Origin: an uncultured Gammaproteobacteria bacterium
GTDB taxonomy: Bacteria; Patescibacteriota; Patescibacteriia; UBA11705; JABHMO01
Assembly: GCA_964590105.1 (NCBI GenBank)
Contig: CAZPYM010000003.1
Location: 72,179-136,178, forward strand
DNA length: 64,000 nt
Reading direction: 5' to 3'
A program made the translations under genes and the position numbers. The notes under the pieces are model-generated. The model saw only the letters and a program-made list of their open reading frames with translations, searched no databases and was not told the DNA's origin. Below, in pieces: positions 29,444-39,680 of the stretch (position 1 is the stretch's first letter; every line of letters begins with the position of its first letter).

Positions 29444-30556
29444 TTATAGCAGTTGTTTTAGTTTTTCGAGCACAACTTCATTTCCGGTATTTAATGGAAA
29501 TTTAATCAGAGTCCTATTGCCCGTAGGTTCGAGAGCGGCAAAGTGGACGCGAAGGTCAAGGTTTTTTTCAGATTTCAGCAGGCAGTAGGCCTGTTCATTT
29601 TTTTTATAGAAAATAGCGGTCAGCTCAATAGTTGGGACGCTGGCGATTAGCTCGTCAATCGCGCCGACCAGGTCCTGCGGCAGGGCATTAGTTTCTCTGA
29701 AGTCTTGTTCATTTACTTCAGCCCAGGCGATTTTTTGCAAATCATCAGTTTTGAGACTGAGAAGCACTCTGCCCCAGAGACGCAGGGCACCCACAGTTTG
29801 CATTTGATAAAGATTTTTTACAATAGACTCGCGCTGGGCTCCGGCCGCCATCAATTGGCTGGCGATACTCAAACTTTTGGGAGTAATGGCCGGGGTTTTG
29901 AAACTTTTTGTTTTTTCAATCATGCCGGTCAGAAGATAAGTGGCAATGGTTTCATCGAGCAGATTGGCATCGGTTTGTTCAATAAAGTCATAAATAATTT
30001 CCGAGACTGACGAAGAAGCAATATTAATAATATTTATGTGGCCGTAATGTTCATTATCGGGCGAATGATCAATATTAACAATCGGCACATTGTAAAAAAA
30101 ATCAGTATTTTTTTCATAAACATGAGACAATGATTCGAGATCCGGCGTGTTTACGGTAATAATCAGGTCATGATTGTAATGATTGTCGGTGATAGAAATG
30201 TTTTGTTTGGAAAAATTACTGTTGGTCGGATTGACATGAATGTGCATTTTATTTTTTTCAATTTTATAATCAATCTCCGGATGCTGGCCGTCAATAATAT
30301 CCAAACTAATAATTAATTTTTTCAAATTATCTAGGCGGCTTTGAATGGTATTTGATTGCGCTAAAAATTGGTATGAATGCGGTAATTCAAAGTCCGGCGA
30401 GACGATTGTCGCTTTTTTATCCATCTTACGAAGGAGTTCTGCGAGAGCCAGACTAGCGGCAATTACATCGCCATTGTGCTCTTGTTTGAAAGCAATGAGC
30501 GGCGTATTGCTACTTTGTATGGCTTCGTATAATTGTTGGTGTTGATTTAATGACAT
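29444..30556 (-). CDS. DHH-family (NrnA-like) protein with degenerate motifs
   Basis: HNGDVIAAS, IVNIDHS..NEHYG, ASSSVSEI, IATYLLTGM. Confidence 0.8.
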   Translation of the reverse strand: MSLNQHQQLYEAIQSSNTPLIAFKQEHNGDVIAASLALAELLRKMDKKATIVSPDFELPHSYQFLAQSNTIQSRLDNLKKLIISLDIIDGQHPEIDYKIEKNKMHIHVNPTNSNFSKQNISITDNHYNHDLIITVNTPDLESLSHVYEKNTDFFYNVPIVNIDHSPDNEHYGHINIINIASSSVSEIIYDFIEQTDANLLDETIATYLLTGMIEKTKSFKTPAITPKSLSIASQLMAAGAQRESIVKNLYQMQTVGALRLWGRVLLSLKTDDLQKIAWAEVNEQDFRETNALPQDLVGAIDELIASVPTIELTAIFYKKNEQAYCLLKSEKNLDLRVHFAALEPTGNRTLIKFPLNTGNEVVLEKLKQLL

Positions 30557-30567
30557 ATTAATTTAGT

Positions 30568-30700
30568 AAAATTTAAAGCGCAAAGCCCAAAGTTCAAAGG
30601 AAATTTTAAATTTAAAGTCTAAAATTCGAAGATACGCCTTTGTTTTTTAATTTTAAGTTTTAAGTTTCCTTTTGATTTTGCTTTTTGAATTTTGAGCTTG
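30568..30700. repeat. Inverted heptamer-like array
   Basis: ttaaagcgcaaagcccaaagttcaaagg...ttttaagttttaagtttcctttg...ttttgaattttgagc. Confidence 0.7.
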
Positions 30701-30844
30701 GATATAGCATCTTAGCTAAATAAATGTATAGTGTCAAGGCATTAGCCCACACAATTCGTCACAAATGGGTGATTGTGTCAAATATAGTTGTCATTACAGT
30801 ATAAATATGCTAAAATCAAATAGAATTTATCTTTAATTTTCAAT

Positions 30845-33800
30845 ATGGAGATACCCAAAGCCTACGATCCGAAAGAGCATGAAAGCCGGATTTATAAAAT
30901 GTGGGAAGAGGCCGGGCTTTTTAATCCGGACAATTTGGAGCCTAAATCCAAAAAGCATTTTTCCATTGTTTTGCCGCCGCCAAATGTTACCGGCACACTG
31001 CACCTGGGGCATGCGGCCATGCTCGCAATAGAAGATTTAATGGTCCGTTACAAAAGGATGAATGGTTTTGATACCCTCTGGATGCCTGGCACTGATCACG
31101 CGGCGATTGCCACGCAAAACGTGGTTGAAAAAAAGCTTTACAAGGAAGAAAAAAAGACCAGGCACGATCTGGGTCGTGAGAAATTTTTAAAAAAAGTTGA
31201 GCAGTATGTGGAAGGCTCAAAAAATGTTATTCATAATCAATTGCGCAAAATGGGTTCAAGCCTGGACTGGAGCCGCGAAGCGTATACTCTCGATGAAGTC
31301 AGAAGCAAGGCAGTAAAAAAGGTTTTCAAACAAATGTATGAAGACGGGCTGATTTATCGGGGTTATCGGATTGTCAATTGGTGTCCGCGCTGCCATTCAA
31401 CGCTCGCGGACGATGAGGTTGATTACAAAGAAGAAAAAGCCAAGATTTACACTTTTAAATACGATAAAAATTTTCCATTTGCTATCGCCACAACGCGGCC
31501 GGAAACCAAACTTGGGGACACGGCAGTGGCTGTGCATCCTGACGACAAGCGCTATGCAAAATATATCGGTAAAACATTTGTCGCTGATTTCTGTGGTGTT
31601 AAGTTGAATATAAAAGTAATTGCCGATGATCAGGTTGAAAAAGATTTTGGCACCGGCGCGCTTGGCGTAACCCCGGCGCATAGTTTGATTGACTACGAAA
31701 TGGCGCAAAAAAATAAATTGCCGGTGATTAAAGTTATTGACGAGGATGGAAAAATAACGGTGGCTGGCGGAAAATTTCAGGGATTAAGCGCGGAACAGGC
31801 AAGAGAAAAAATTGTTGAAGAATTAAAAAAGCAGGGGCTTTTGGAAAAGCAGGAAGAGAATCAGCACAATTTATCTGTTTGTTACCGTTGTAAATCAGTA
31901 GTGGAGCCTTTGCCGAGCGAGCAATGGTTTATCAGTATAAGTTCAAAGTTCAAAGTTAAAAGTGAAAAGTTGAGAAAAATAATCGGGAAAAAAGAGGCAA
32001 GCTTGAAGGAAATTTCGCTCGCCGTGGTAAAGAGCGGGTCGATAAAAATAATTCCAGAGCGTTTTGAAAAAATTTATTATCATTGGATGGAAAATTTGCA
32101 TGACTGGTGTATTTCCCGGCAGATTTGGTTTGGGCACAGGATCCCTGTTTGGTACAAAAAGCAAAAACAAATTATTGTTTTGCGGCACGGACAGGCGGAA
32201 AGCAATGCCCGAGATCAGCTGAATTCCGATATTTTGCGGAATCATTTTCACTTGACCGTAGAGGGTAGGGAGCAGGCGGCCGCGGCGGCGGAAGAGCTGC
32301 AAAAAGAAAAAATTGACATTATTTTTTGTTCTGATTTCGAACGGGCAAAACAAACCGCCAAAATAGTTGCCGACAAATCGGGGATTAAGCAAATTATTGA
32401 AGACGCCAGACTCAGGGAAGTGGGAGTGGGGGATTTCGAAGGCAAATCCGATATGGACTTTACCAAATTTCGTCAGCAAAACTTTGACAAGTGGCATAAA
32501 GGAAATCCGCATAACATCGAGTCCTTTGTTGAATTAAGAAGCCGTGTATTTAATTTTCTTGACGAAATAAAACAAAAGTATGGAGATAAAAAGATTTTAA
32601 TGGTAACGCACGGCGATGTGGCGCGAGTGGCGCAGGCATACGGAAAAATTTTATCGGATAAAGAAATTTATGGCCTTGATTATCCGGATACCGGAAAGTT
32701 TTATCGCGTTGATTTAAATCAAAAAACATCTGGAATCGAACTTAGTTTTCGTAATCGAAAAATATTTGAAGCGATTAAATCCGGCAGCAAAACCATTGAA
32801 ACCAGAGCTTTGAATCCTGAAGAGCCGGATCGTTATTTTGGCAATATTAAAGGCGGCGATCAGATAATTTTGAATTATAAGCAAGGGGAGTATATTTTAG
32901 AAAGTTTAAAATCAAAAGTCAAAGCGGCGAGGCGGTACAAAACCATTGAAGAATTGTTAGCCAAGGAAAAGATGTCTAAAATTTTTCCCGGCAAAAACAT
33001 TGATTATAAAAAATCCTATTCTGATCTGGTGCCCGGAAATTTGGAAAAAATAAGCAAGAACGGAATAATAGCTTTTGAGCTTGGAAAAGTTGAAAAGTAT
33101 AATAAAAATATCACGCTTCGCGTTTCTGAAGAAGAACTGCCGGCTGCCGAATGGAAACAAGATGAGGATACTCTTGATACCTGGTTTTCTGCAGGTCTTT
33201 GGACTTTCAGTACGCTCTTGCCGAAGGATTGGGACGGAAAAGAATTTAAATCCAAGGATTTGGAACGATTTCATCCAACGACCGTGCTGGAAACCGGTTA
33301 TGACATTTTGTTTTTCTGGGTGGCGAGGATGATACTCATGACCACTTATGCGACGGGCGAAATACCTTTTGAAACAGTTTATCTGCACGGCCTGATTCGC
33401 GACAAAGACGGCGACAAAATGAGCAAATCCAAACCAGAGACGGCGATTGATCCGGTTGAAGCCGGCAATAAATATGGATTTGACGCGGTGCGTTTGAGCT
33501 TGCTTATCGGCAATACGGCGGGCAATGATATTCGGCTTTATGATGAAAAGATTGAGGGGTACAGGAATTTTGTTAATAAGTTGTGGAATATTAGTCGGTT
33601 TGTGTTGCAAAATAACAAATTACAAGACACAAATTACAAGCAAATTACAAATAACAAATTACAAACAGTTGCATTGACTTTAGCGGATAAGTGGATACTT
33701 TCGCGATTCAATAAGTTAAAATGCGAGGTAAATAAATTGCTGGATGAATATAATTTTTCACAGGCCGGCGAGATTTTGCGGGAATTTACCTGGAATGATT

Positions 33801-34483
33801 TTGCCGACTGGTATTTGGAAATTTCAAAAGTTGCCCTTCGGCAAGATCAGGGTGACAATCGAAATTTAATTTTGAATTCAATTTTTCGGGAATTGCTGAA
33901 ATTGTGGCATCCTTTTGTGCCGTTTGTGACAGAGGCTGTTTGGTCCCTCGCTATGCTCGGGATGACACAGCAAGCAAAAAGTATTATGGTTTCTGATTGG
34001 CCAGCGGTCGAAAAGGGATTAATTGATGAAAAAGCGGAAAAAGGATTTGAAAAAATTCAAGAAATAATTATTAAAATCAGAAATTTGCGGGCTGAATACA
34101 AAGTCAATCCGGGGAAGAAGATTTCTGTTTCCATCAAAGGCGCTTCAATTGGCGAAAATGAAATAGTTGTAAAAACCTTAGCTCGTCTGGAAAAAATTAC
34201 TTACGTAAAAATAAAACCGGAAAAAGCAGCCGGCGCGGTTGTCGGTAAAAGGGAGATTTATTTGTTGTTATCAGATTTGGTTGATGTTGATAAAGAAAAA
34301 GAGAGACTGGAAAAAGAAAAAGCCGACCTTGAAAAATATTGCTTCGGATTGGATAAAAAACTTCAGAATAAAGAGTTTACGAAAAATGCTCCGGTGGCCG
34401 TGGTTGACGGAGAGCGGGCAAAACTCACGGAGGCGGAAGAAAAATTAGGAAAAACAAATACGCAATTAAGTGAATTAAAATAA
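30845..34483 (+). CDS. valS: Valyl-tRNA synthetase with inserted histidine-phosphatase and ASCH domains
   Basis: PPPNVTGTLHLGH, TTRPET, WCISRQ, DTWFS, KMSKS, C-terminal coiled coil; 1212 aa. Confidence 0.97.
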   Translation: MEIPKAYDPKEHESRIYKMWEEAGLFNPDNLEPKSKKHFSIVLPPPNVTGTLHLGHAAMLAIEDLMVRYKRMNGFDTLWMPGTDHAAIATQNVVEKKLYKEEKKTRHDLGREKFLKKVEQYVEGSKNVIHNQLRKMGSSLDWSREAYTLDEVRSKAVKKVFKQMYEDGLIYRGYRIVNWCPRCHSTLADDEVDYKEEKAKIYTFKYDKNFPFAIATTRPETKLGDTAVAVHPDDKRYAKYIGKTFVADFCGVKLNIKVIADDQVEKDFGTGALGVTPAHSLIDYEMAQKNKLPVIKVIDEDGKITVAGGKFQGLSAEQAREKIVEELKKQGLLEKQEENQHNLSVCYRCKSVVEPLPSEQWFISISSKFKVKSEKLRKIIGKKEASLKEISLAVVKSGSIKIIPERFEKIYYHWMENLHDWCISRQIWFGHRIPVWYKKQKQIIVLRHGQAESNARDQLNSDILRNHFHLTVEGREQAAAAAEELQKEKIDIIFCSDFERAKQTAKIVADKSGIKQIIEDARLREVGVGDFEGKSDMDFTKFRQQNFDKWHKGNPHNIESFVELRSRVFNFLDEIKQKYGDKKILMVTHGDVARVAQAYGKILSDKEIYGLDYPDTGKFYRVDLNQKTSGIELSFRNRKIFEAIKSGSKTIETRALNPEEPDRYFGNIKGGDQIILNYKQGEYILESLKSKVKAARRYKTIEELLAKEKMSKIFPGKNIDYKKSYSDLVPGNLEKISKNGIIAFELGKVEKYNKNITLRVSEEELPAAEWKQDEDTLDTWFSAGLWTFSTLLPKDWDGKEFKSKDLERFHPTTVLETGYDILFFWVARMILMTTYATGEIPFETVYLHGLIRDKDGDKMSKSKPETAIDPVEAGNKYGFDAVRLSLLIGNTAGNDIRLYDEKIEGYRNFVNKLWNISRFVLQNNKLQDTNYKQITNNKLQTVALTLADKWILSRFNKLKCEVNKLLDEYNFSQAGEILREFTWNDFADWYLEISKVALRQDQGDNRNLILNSIFRELLKLWHPFVPFVTEAVWSLAMLGMTQQAKSIMVSDWPAVEKGLIDEKAEKGFEKIQEIIIKIRNLRAEYKVNPGKKISVSIKGASIGENEIVVKTLARLEKITYVKIKPEKAAGAVVGKREIYLLLSDLVDVDKEKERLEKEKADLEKYCFGLDKKLQNKEFTKNAPVAVVDGERAKLTEAEEKLGKTNTQLSELK

Positions 34484-34488
34484 AATTT

Positions 34489-35673
34489 ATGAAAATCAAC
34501 ACTGACGAAAAAAAAATTAATGAACTCTTAACGCGCGGAGTTGAAAATGTTTATCCCAACCCAGAGTTTCTGGAAAAACTGCTTAAATCAGGCAAACAAT
34601 TAAAATTATATCTTGGCATTGATCCGACAGGTCCCAGTTTGCATATTGGTCATGCGATTAGTTTAATGAAACTGAAACAATTTCAGGACCTCGGCCACAA
34701 AGTGATTATGCTTATCGGCAGTTTTACCGCCATGATCGGCGATCCGACCGACAAATTGGCCACGCGCCAGCAATTGACGCGCAAGCAGGTCATGAATAAT
34801 TGTAAAAATTACAAAAAACAAGCAGCCAGCATTTTGGACATGAAAAAAACGGAGATTCAATACAATAGTCATTGGCTCGATAAATTAACTTTTAAAGAAG
34901 TTGTTGAATTGGCTTCAAAAATGACCGTACAACAAATGCTGGAGCGCGATATGTTTGAAAGGCGAATAGAAGACGGCAAACCAATTGGCTTGCATGAATT
35001 TTTATATCCGCTGATGCAGGGTTACGACTCGGTGGCCATGGATGTGGATGGGGAAATCGGCGGGAATGATCAGACTTTTAATATGCTCGCCGGCAGGACG
35101 CTGATGAAGGCGCTCAAGGGCAAGGAAAAGTTTGTTTTGACCAATAAACTCCTAGCAGACACTTCCGGGAAAAAAATGGGAAAAACAGAAGGCAATATGA
35201 TTGCGCTTGATAATTCCATTGACGACAAATTTGGCAAAGTAATGTCCTGGACAGACGACATGATTGCCGGCGGGTTTGAAATGTGCACTTTTGAGCCGAT
35301 GGAAATAGTCAAGCAAGTGGGAGAAAGATTGCAGCAAGGAGAAAACCCGCGTAATTTAAAACTGGAATTGGCCGAGGCGATTGTGAAAATTTATCACGGC
35401 GAAAAAGCTGCCAAAGCGGCGCGAGAAAATTTTTTGAATATGTTTCAGAAAAAAGAAACGCCTGATCAGCTCGATGAATTTGATCTGGCCGGAAAAAATA
35501 TTGTTGACGCATTATTGGAAGGCGGATTAGTTCAATCAAAATCTGAAGCTCGTCGGAATATTGAACAAGGCGGAGTGAAAATCAATGAAAAAGTTGAGAA
35601 AAATGCGGCAGCTGTTGTTCGTGCCGGGGATATAATTCAGAAAGGGAAAAGATTTTTTATCAAAATTAAGTAG
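34489..35673 (+). CDS. tyrS: Tyrosyl-tRNA synthetase
   Basis: GIDPTGPSLHIGH, YPLMQGYD, GGNDQ, KMGKT, S4 domain. Confidence 0.98.
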   Translation: MKINTDEKKINELLTRGVENVYPNPEFLEKLLKSGKQLKLYLGIDPTGPSLHIGHAISLMKLKQFQDLGHKVIMLIGSFTAMIGDPTDKLATRQQLTRKQVMNNCKNYKKQAASILDMKKTEIQYNSHWLDKLTFKEVVELASKMTVQQMLERDMFERRIEDGKPIGLHEFLYPLMQGYDSVAMDVDGEIGGNDQTFNMLAGRTLMKALKGKEKFVLTNKLLADTSGKKMGKTEGNMIALDNSIDDKFGKVMSWTDDMIAGGFEMCTFEPMEIVKQVGERLQQGENPRNLKLELAEAIVKIYHGEKAAKAARENFLNMFQKKETPDQLDEFDLAGKNIVDALLEGGLVQSKSEARRNIEQGGVKINEKVEKNAAAVVRAGDIIQKGKRFFIKIK

Positions 35674-35728
35674 CAAGTTGTAAGGTTGTAAGTAAATTAC
35701 TACTTACTCACTTACAACTTTTAAATAT

Positions 35729-36208
35729 ATGAAAATACTAGTTTTTACTGAAGGCACGGTTTTGAAGCATGTTTCAGATGACCGGATCAAGGATTATTCA
35801 AGCTATGTGCCGGTTGGTGGCGCGGTGGAAAAACTGACCGTCTGGACGGAAAATGGCGCGGAAATTTCTTATTTAACTTCCCGCGTCAAGTTTATGGAAA
35901 TCAAACAAATCAAGGACGTCTTGAAAAATTTTGATTTTCCGGGCGACATGGTTCACGCGAGGCAGGAAGACGAAACATATAAGCAGGTAGTTATGACCGT
36001 TAAGCCGGATCTTTTGATTGAGGACGACTGCAAGAGTATTGGTGGCGAAGCAGAGATGATTTCGTTTGGCTTAAAATCAGAAGCAGGCATTCATGTTATT
36101 GTCGTGCCGGAATTCGGCGGTATTGATCATTTGCCGGATAATTTGGAGGAATTGAAAGAGTTTGGAAAAAAAGAAGAGGTGGCTACAACCAGAGATGATA
36201 CTTATTAA
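35729..36208 (+). CDS. Hypothetical HAD-fold-like protein
   Basis: KILVFTEGT (motif I Asp absent), YLTSR, LLIEDD. Confidence 0.6.
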   Translation: MKILVFTEGTVLKHVSDDRIKDYSSYVPVGGAVEKLTVWTENGAEISYLTSRVKFMEIKQIKDVLKNFDFPGDMVHARQEDETYKQVVMTVKPDLLIEDDCKSIGGEAEMISFGLKSEAGIHVIVVPEFGGIDHLPDNLEELKEFGKKEEVATTRDDTY

Positions 36209-36244
36209 GTAAAAAGTAAATTTAAAGCTTAAAATTGAAATCGC

Positions 36245-37960
36245 ATGTTAGAGATAAAAAATAAATTAGCAAAAGTGCTTAGTGAGATTTTAAAGGTGGA
36301 AATCAATCCGGAAGATTTTACCGAGCCGCCGAAAAATGTTGAAGCAGACCTGGCTTTGCCGTGTTTTACTTTGGCCAAGGAACTAAGACGCGATCCGAAT
36401 GAGATTGCCGGCGAGTTGGGAGCAATGGTCAATGCGAAAAATTTAGTTATTATTGAAAAAGTAAAGTCGCTCGGCCCTTATATGAATTTTTTTATTGATT
36501 CGGAATATTTGGCGCAAGCTGTTTTATATTCTCAATTAACGAATGAACCAATTAACCAATTAACTAAAATCATGGTAGAATTTGCGCATCCAAATACGCA
36601 CAAAGCATTTCATATCGGGCATTTGCGAAATATTATTACCGGCGAATCAATTGTCCGGATTTTGCAAAACGCTGGATACAAAGTTACCCGGGCGAATTAT
36701 CAGGGTGATGTCGGTCTGCATATTGCCAAGGCGCTCTGGGGAATTGATCAGCTTCGGAATGAATACAAAGAAGTTAAGAAAAAGGACTTAGACGATAAAG
36801 TCGGGTTTTTGGGCAAAGCCTATGCGCTTGGCGGCCAGACATTTGAAAAAGATGAAAAAGCAAAACAAGAAATTTACAAGTTGAATGAAAAAATTTATAA
36901 CAAAGAAAAGTCGATTCAAGATGTTTATAAAACAACCAGGGCTTGGAGCCTGGAATATTTTGATAAAGTTTACAAACGAGTTGATTCACACTTTGACAGG
37001 TTATATTTTGAATCCGAGGTTTTTGAAAAGGGAAAACAAATTGTTTTGAAGTTTCTGGAAAAGGGCGTATTCAAGAGAAGCGAGGGCGCGGTCATATTTG
37101 AAGGTGAAAAATATGGCTTGCACAGCCGCGTTTTTGTCAATAGTTTGGATTTTCCGACTTACGAAGCCAAAGATCTGGCGCTGGCTGAAGCGCAGTTCAA
37201 AGAGTTTAAGCCGGACAGAATTATTCATGTTGTCGGCAAAGAACAAACAGAATATTTCAAGGTAGTATTTAAAGCACTTGAATTTACCCTACCGAAAAGC
37301 AAGGGCAGGGAAGAGCATCTGGCTTACGGCTGGGTTTCTTTGAAGTCCGGCAAAATGAGTTCGCGAACCGGGCAAGTTATTTTGGGCGAATGGCTTTTGG
37401 ATGAGATTGAAAAAAGAATTGCGGCAATTATGAAAGATAGTCCAGCGAAAGATAAGGATTTAATTATTAAAAAAGTTGCGTTGGCGGCTGTTAAATACGC
37501 GATGCTAAAGATTGGCGTCAAAGTTGATATGGCTTTTGATATTGAAGAATCCGTGAATACTTCTGGCGACAGTGGACCGTATTTACTTTACATTGTGGCG
37601 AGGATAAAGAGCATTTTGAAAAAGGTAAAGGGTAAAAGTGAAAAGCATGCCCTGAGCATGGTCGAAGGGTTAAAAGGAATTGAATCAATTAAGATAAATG
37701 AATATGAAAAAAGTTTGCTTTTAAAAGTGGCAAAGTTTGAGGAGGCGCAAGAGCTGGCGGCAAAAGAGCTGGATCCGTCGCAAATTGCCAAATACTTGTT
37801 TGAACTGGCGCAGGAATTCAATGGTTTTTATCACGAGTGTCCGGTATTGCAAGCTGAACAGGCTATTCAGGCATTTAGAATCAATTTAATAAAAAAAGTT
37901 GAGCAGACAATGACCAAAGGTCTAAATTTACTTGGAATCGAGCCTGTTGATGAAATGTAG
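36245..37960 (+). CDS. argS: Arginyl-tRNA synthetase
   Basis: EFAHPNTHKAFHIGHLRN, KMSSRTG, GPYLLY, LLGI...EM. Confidence 0.98.
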   Translation: MLEIKNKLAKVLSEILKVEINPEDFTEPPKNVEADLALPCFTLAKELRRDPNEIAGELGAMVNAKNLVIIEKVKSLGPYMNFFIDSEYLAQAVLYSQLTNEPINQLTKIMVEFAHPNTHKAFHIGHLRNIITGESIVRILQNAGYKVTRANYQGDVGLHIAKALWGIDQLRNEYKEVKKKDLDDKVGFLGKAYALGGQTFEKDEKAKQEIYKLNEKIYNKEKSIQDVYKTTRAWSLEYFDKVYKRVDSHFDRLYFESEVFEKGKQIVLKFLEKGVFKRSEGAVIFEGEKYGLHSRVFVNSLDFPTYEAKDLALAEAQFKEFKPDRIIHVVGKEQTEYFKVVFKALEFTLPKSKGREEHLAYGWVSLKSGKMSSRTGQVILGEWLLDEIEKRIAAIMKDSPAKDKDLIIKKVALAAVKYAMLKIGVKVDMAFDIEESVNTSGDSGPYLLYIVARIKSILKKVKGKSEKHALSMVEGLKGIESIKINEYEKSLLLKVAKFEEAQELAAKELDPSQIAKYLFELAQEFNGFYHECPVLQAEQAIQAFRINLIKKVEQTMTKGLNLLGIEPVDEM

Positions 37961-38043
37961 ATAAAAATGATTGACGGCTCAGCTAGCTTACATTAAGATA
38001 AGTATCAAGGAGGGGTTAATAATAGGTAAAATGAAAAAAGCTT

Positions 38044-38466
38044 ATGTTTAGATCAAATGACGAGGAGGAAAAAGATTTTAATGAAGTTGACGACACTGTT
38101 ATCGGCCATTCAATTAAGATTGAAGGAGACCTAGTAAGCAATGGCAGTATTACCGTCGAAGGAGAAGTCGTCGGTAGTTTGAAAACCGAACAAGTTTTGC
38201 GTGTCGGAGAAAGAGCGAAAATTGTGGCTGATGTAAAGGCTAGGGAAGCTTTGGTTTCCGGAAAAGTAAACGGTAATGTAGCAGTCGAAGGTAAGCTGGA
38301 ATTGGCTGAAACCGCAGAAGTGAATGGCGATATCAGCGCTGCAACATTGTCAATTGCCGCCGGAGCAGTTTTTAACGGCCGTTGTTCAATGACGAATCAG
38401 GGTCAGTCAGCGCCAGTCGTAGAAAAGGCCAACGTCGCCGCGAAATCGGATAGCGAAGAAGAGTAA
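38044..38466 (+). CDS. Bactofilin (polymer-forming cytoskeletal protein)
   Basis: TVIG...IEGDL..G...VEG beta-helix repeats, GAVFNGRCSM. Confidence 0.92.
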   Translation: MFRSNDEEEKDFNEVDDTVIGHSIKIEGDLVSNGSITVEGEVVGSLKTEQVLRVGERAKIVADVKAREALVSGKVNGNVAVEGKLELAETAEVNGDISAATLSIAAGAVFNGRCSMTNQGQSAPVVEKANVAAKSDSEEE

Positions 38467-38576
38467 AGTTAACTTCCGGTTTCTGATTTTGAATTTGGAG
38501 TTTTAAATTTCCTTTTGCGCCAGAGGCGCATCCGCCTATGGCGGAGGATTTTGGGCCTTGAGCTTTGAATTTTGTT

Positions 38577-39365
38577 ATGTATTATTATATTTACGATACA
38601 TTTCTTGCTGATAAAAAACACGAAAAAGTCATTGACCGGATCAAGACTCGGCTTTTGGATTTAGAAATCCAGGGCAAGCACGAAAAATTAACTTTGCTGA
38701 AAAGCATGGATGAATTAATCCGGGACGAGGTAAAAAAGGGCGTGGATACTGTGATCGTTATTGGTAACGACAAGACTTTTCTCAAAGCGATCGATGTAGC
38801 CGCGCAAAATGATGTTTCTCTGGGGCTGATTCCCGTTGGCGAAGACAATAATTTAGCCCCTTGCCTTGGCGTGCCAATGGAAGAGCCGGCATGTGAAGTG
38901 ATCGCCGCTCGCAAGATTGTAAAGTTTGATTTAGGCAAGATTAATGCACAATATTTTTTCTCAAACCTGAGCATTACAAAAAATCTTGATCGGTTGAGCG
39001 TTCAAAAAGATAAATATAAAATTGTGCCCAGCCGGGAATGTTCGGAAATTGCCATTTACAATTTTTATTTTCCAAACAAGAAACAAAGGTTTGAACGGCA
39101 AATGAAAAAAGTTTCTGCTCAAGACAAAAAGCTTGAATTGGTAATAAGGTCAAAACAGGAAAAAGGGAGCTGGTTTTCTAAAAAAACAGAGACGGCCAGG
39201 ATTGACAGCATTATTCAGGGAGAAGAATTTGAAATAAAAAGTTTTGAATATCTGCCGGTATTGCTTGATGGTTATAAAATTATCAAGACTCCGGTAAAAA
39301 TAGAAGTTGAGCCGAAAAAATTAAAAGTAATTGTTGGCAAAGATAGATTGAAAACTATAAACTAA
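38577..39365 (+). CDS. Diacylglycerol-kinase-family-like protein
   Basis: IVIGNDKT (GGDGT-like, degenerate), LGLIPVG..NNLA, DLGKIN, LDG. Confidence 0.75.
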   Translation: MYYYIYDTFLADKKHEKVIDRIKTRLLDLEIQGKHEKLTLLKSMDELIRDEVKKGVDTVIVIGNDKTFLKAIDVAAQNDVSLGLIPVGEDNNLAPCLGVPMEEPACEVIAARKIVKFDLGKINAQYFFSNLSITKNLDRLSVQKDKYKIVPSRECSEIAIYNFYFPNKKQRFERQMKKVSAQDKKLELVIRSKQEKGSWFSKKTETARIDSIIQGEEFEIKSFEYLPVLLDGYKIIKTPVKIEVEPKKLKVIVGKDRLKTIN

Positions 39366-39370
39366 AATTT

Positions 39371-39484
39371 ATACGAATAATGCGAATATGTATGCGAATG
39401 ATGCGAATTGCGAATAACGCGAATAGTATAGTTCGTAATATTCGCGATTTGCGATATTCGTATTAAAATTCGCGAAATTCGCGT
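39371..39484. repeat. Inverted CGAAT/ATTCG repeat array
   Basis: Six CGAAT cores, then TTCG cores; same family as 4862-4972. Confidence 0.85.
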
Positions 39485-39494
39485 TAAACTATTT

Positions 39495-39680
39495 ATGACA
39501 CCAAAAGTAAATCAAGAAACTTGCATCGGTTGCGGCACTTGCGCCGCCGTTGCTGTAGATGTGTTCAAAATGAATGATGCCGGTAAAGCGGAAGTGATTG
39601 CCGGGGATTTTGCCGGCAAAGAAGATTTGATAAATCAGGCGAAGGATGCTTGTCCGGTACAGGCGATTACAGTAGAGTAA
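39495..39680 (+). CDS. Ferredoxin (single cluster)
   Basis: CIGCGTC...CPVQAI. Confidence 0.93.
   Translation: MTPKVNQETCIGCGTCAAVAVDVFKMNDAGKAEVIAGDFAGKEDLINQAKDACPVQAITVE

Noticed and set aside
30700-30844. T-box upstream of valS-tyrS-argS
   Set aside because: No GGTGGNACC motif or terminator; the leader is short
32161-33110. Intein or intron in valS
   Set aside because: No intein termini (C/S start, HN end) or homing-endonuclease motifs; the frame is continuous and the insert resembles known enzyme domains
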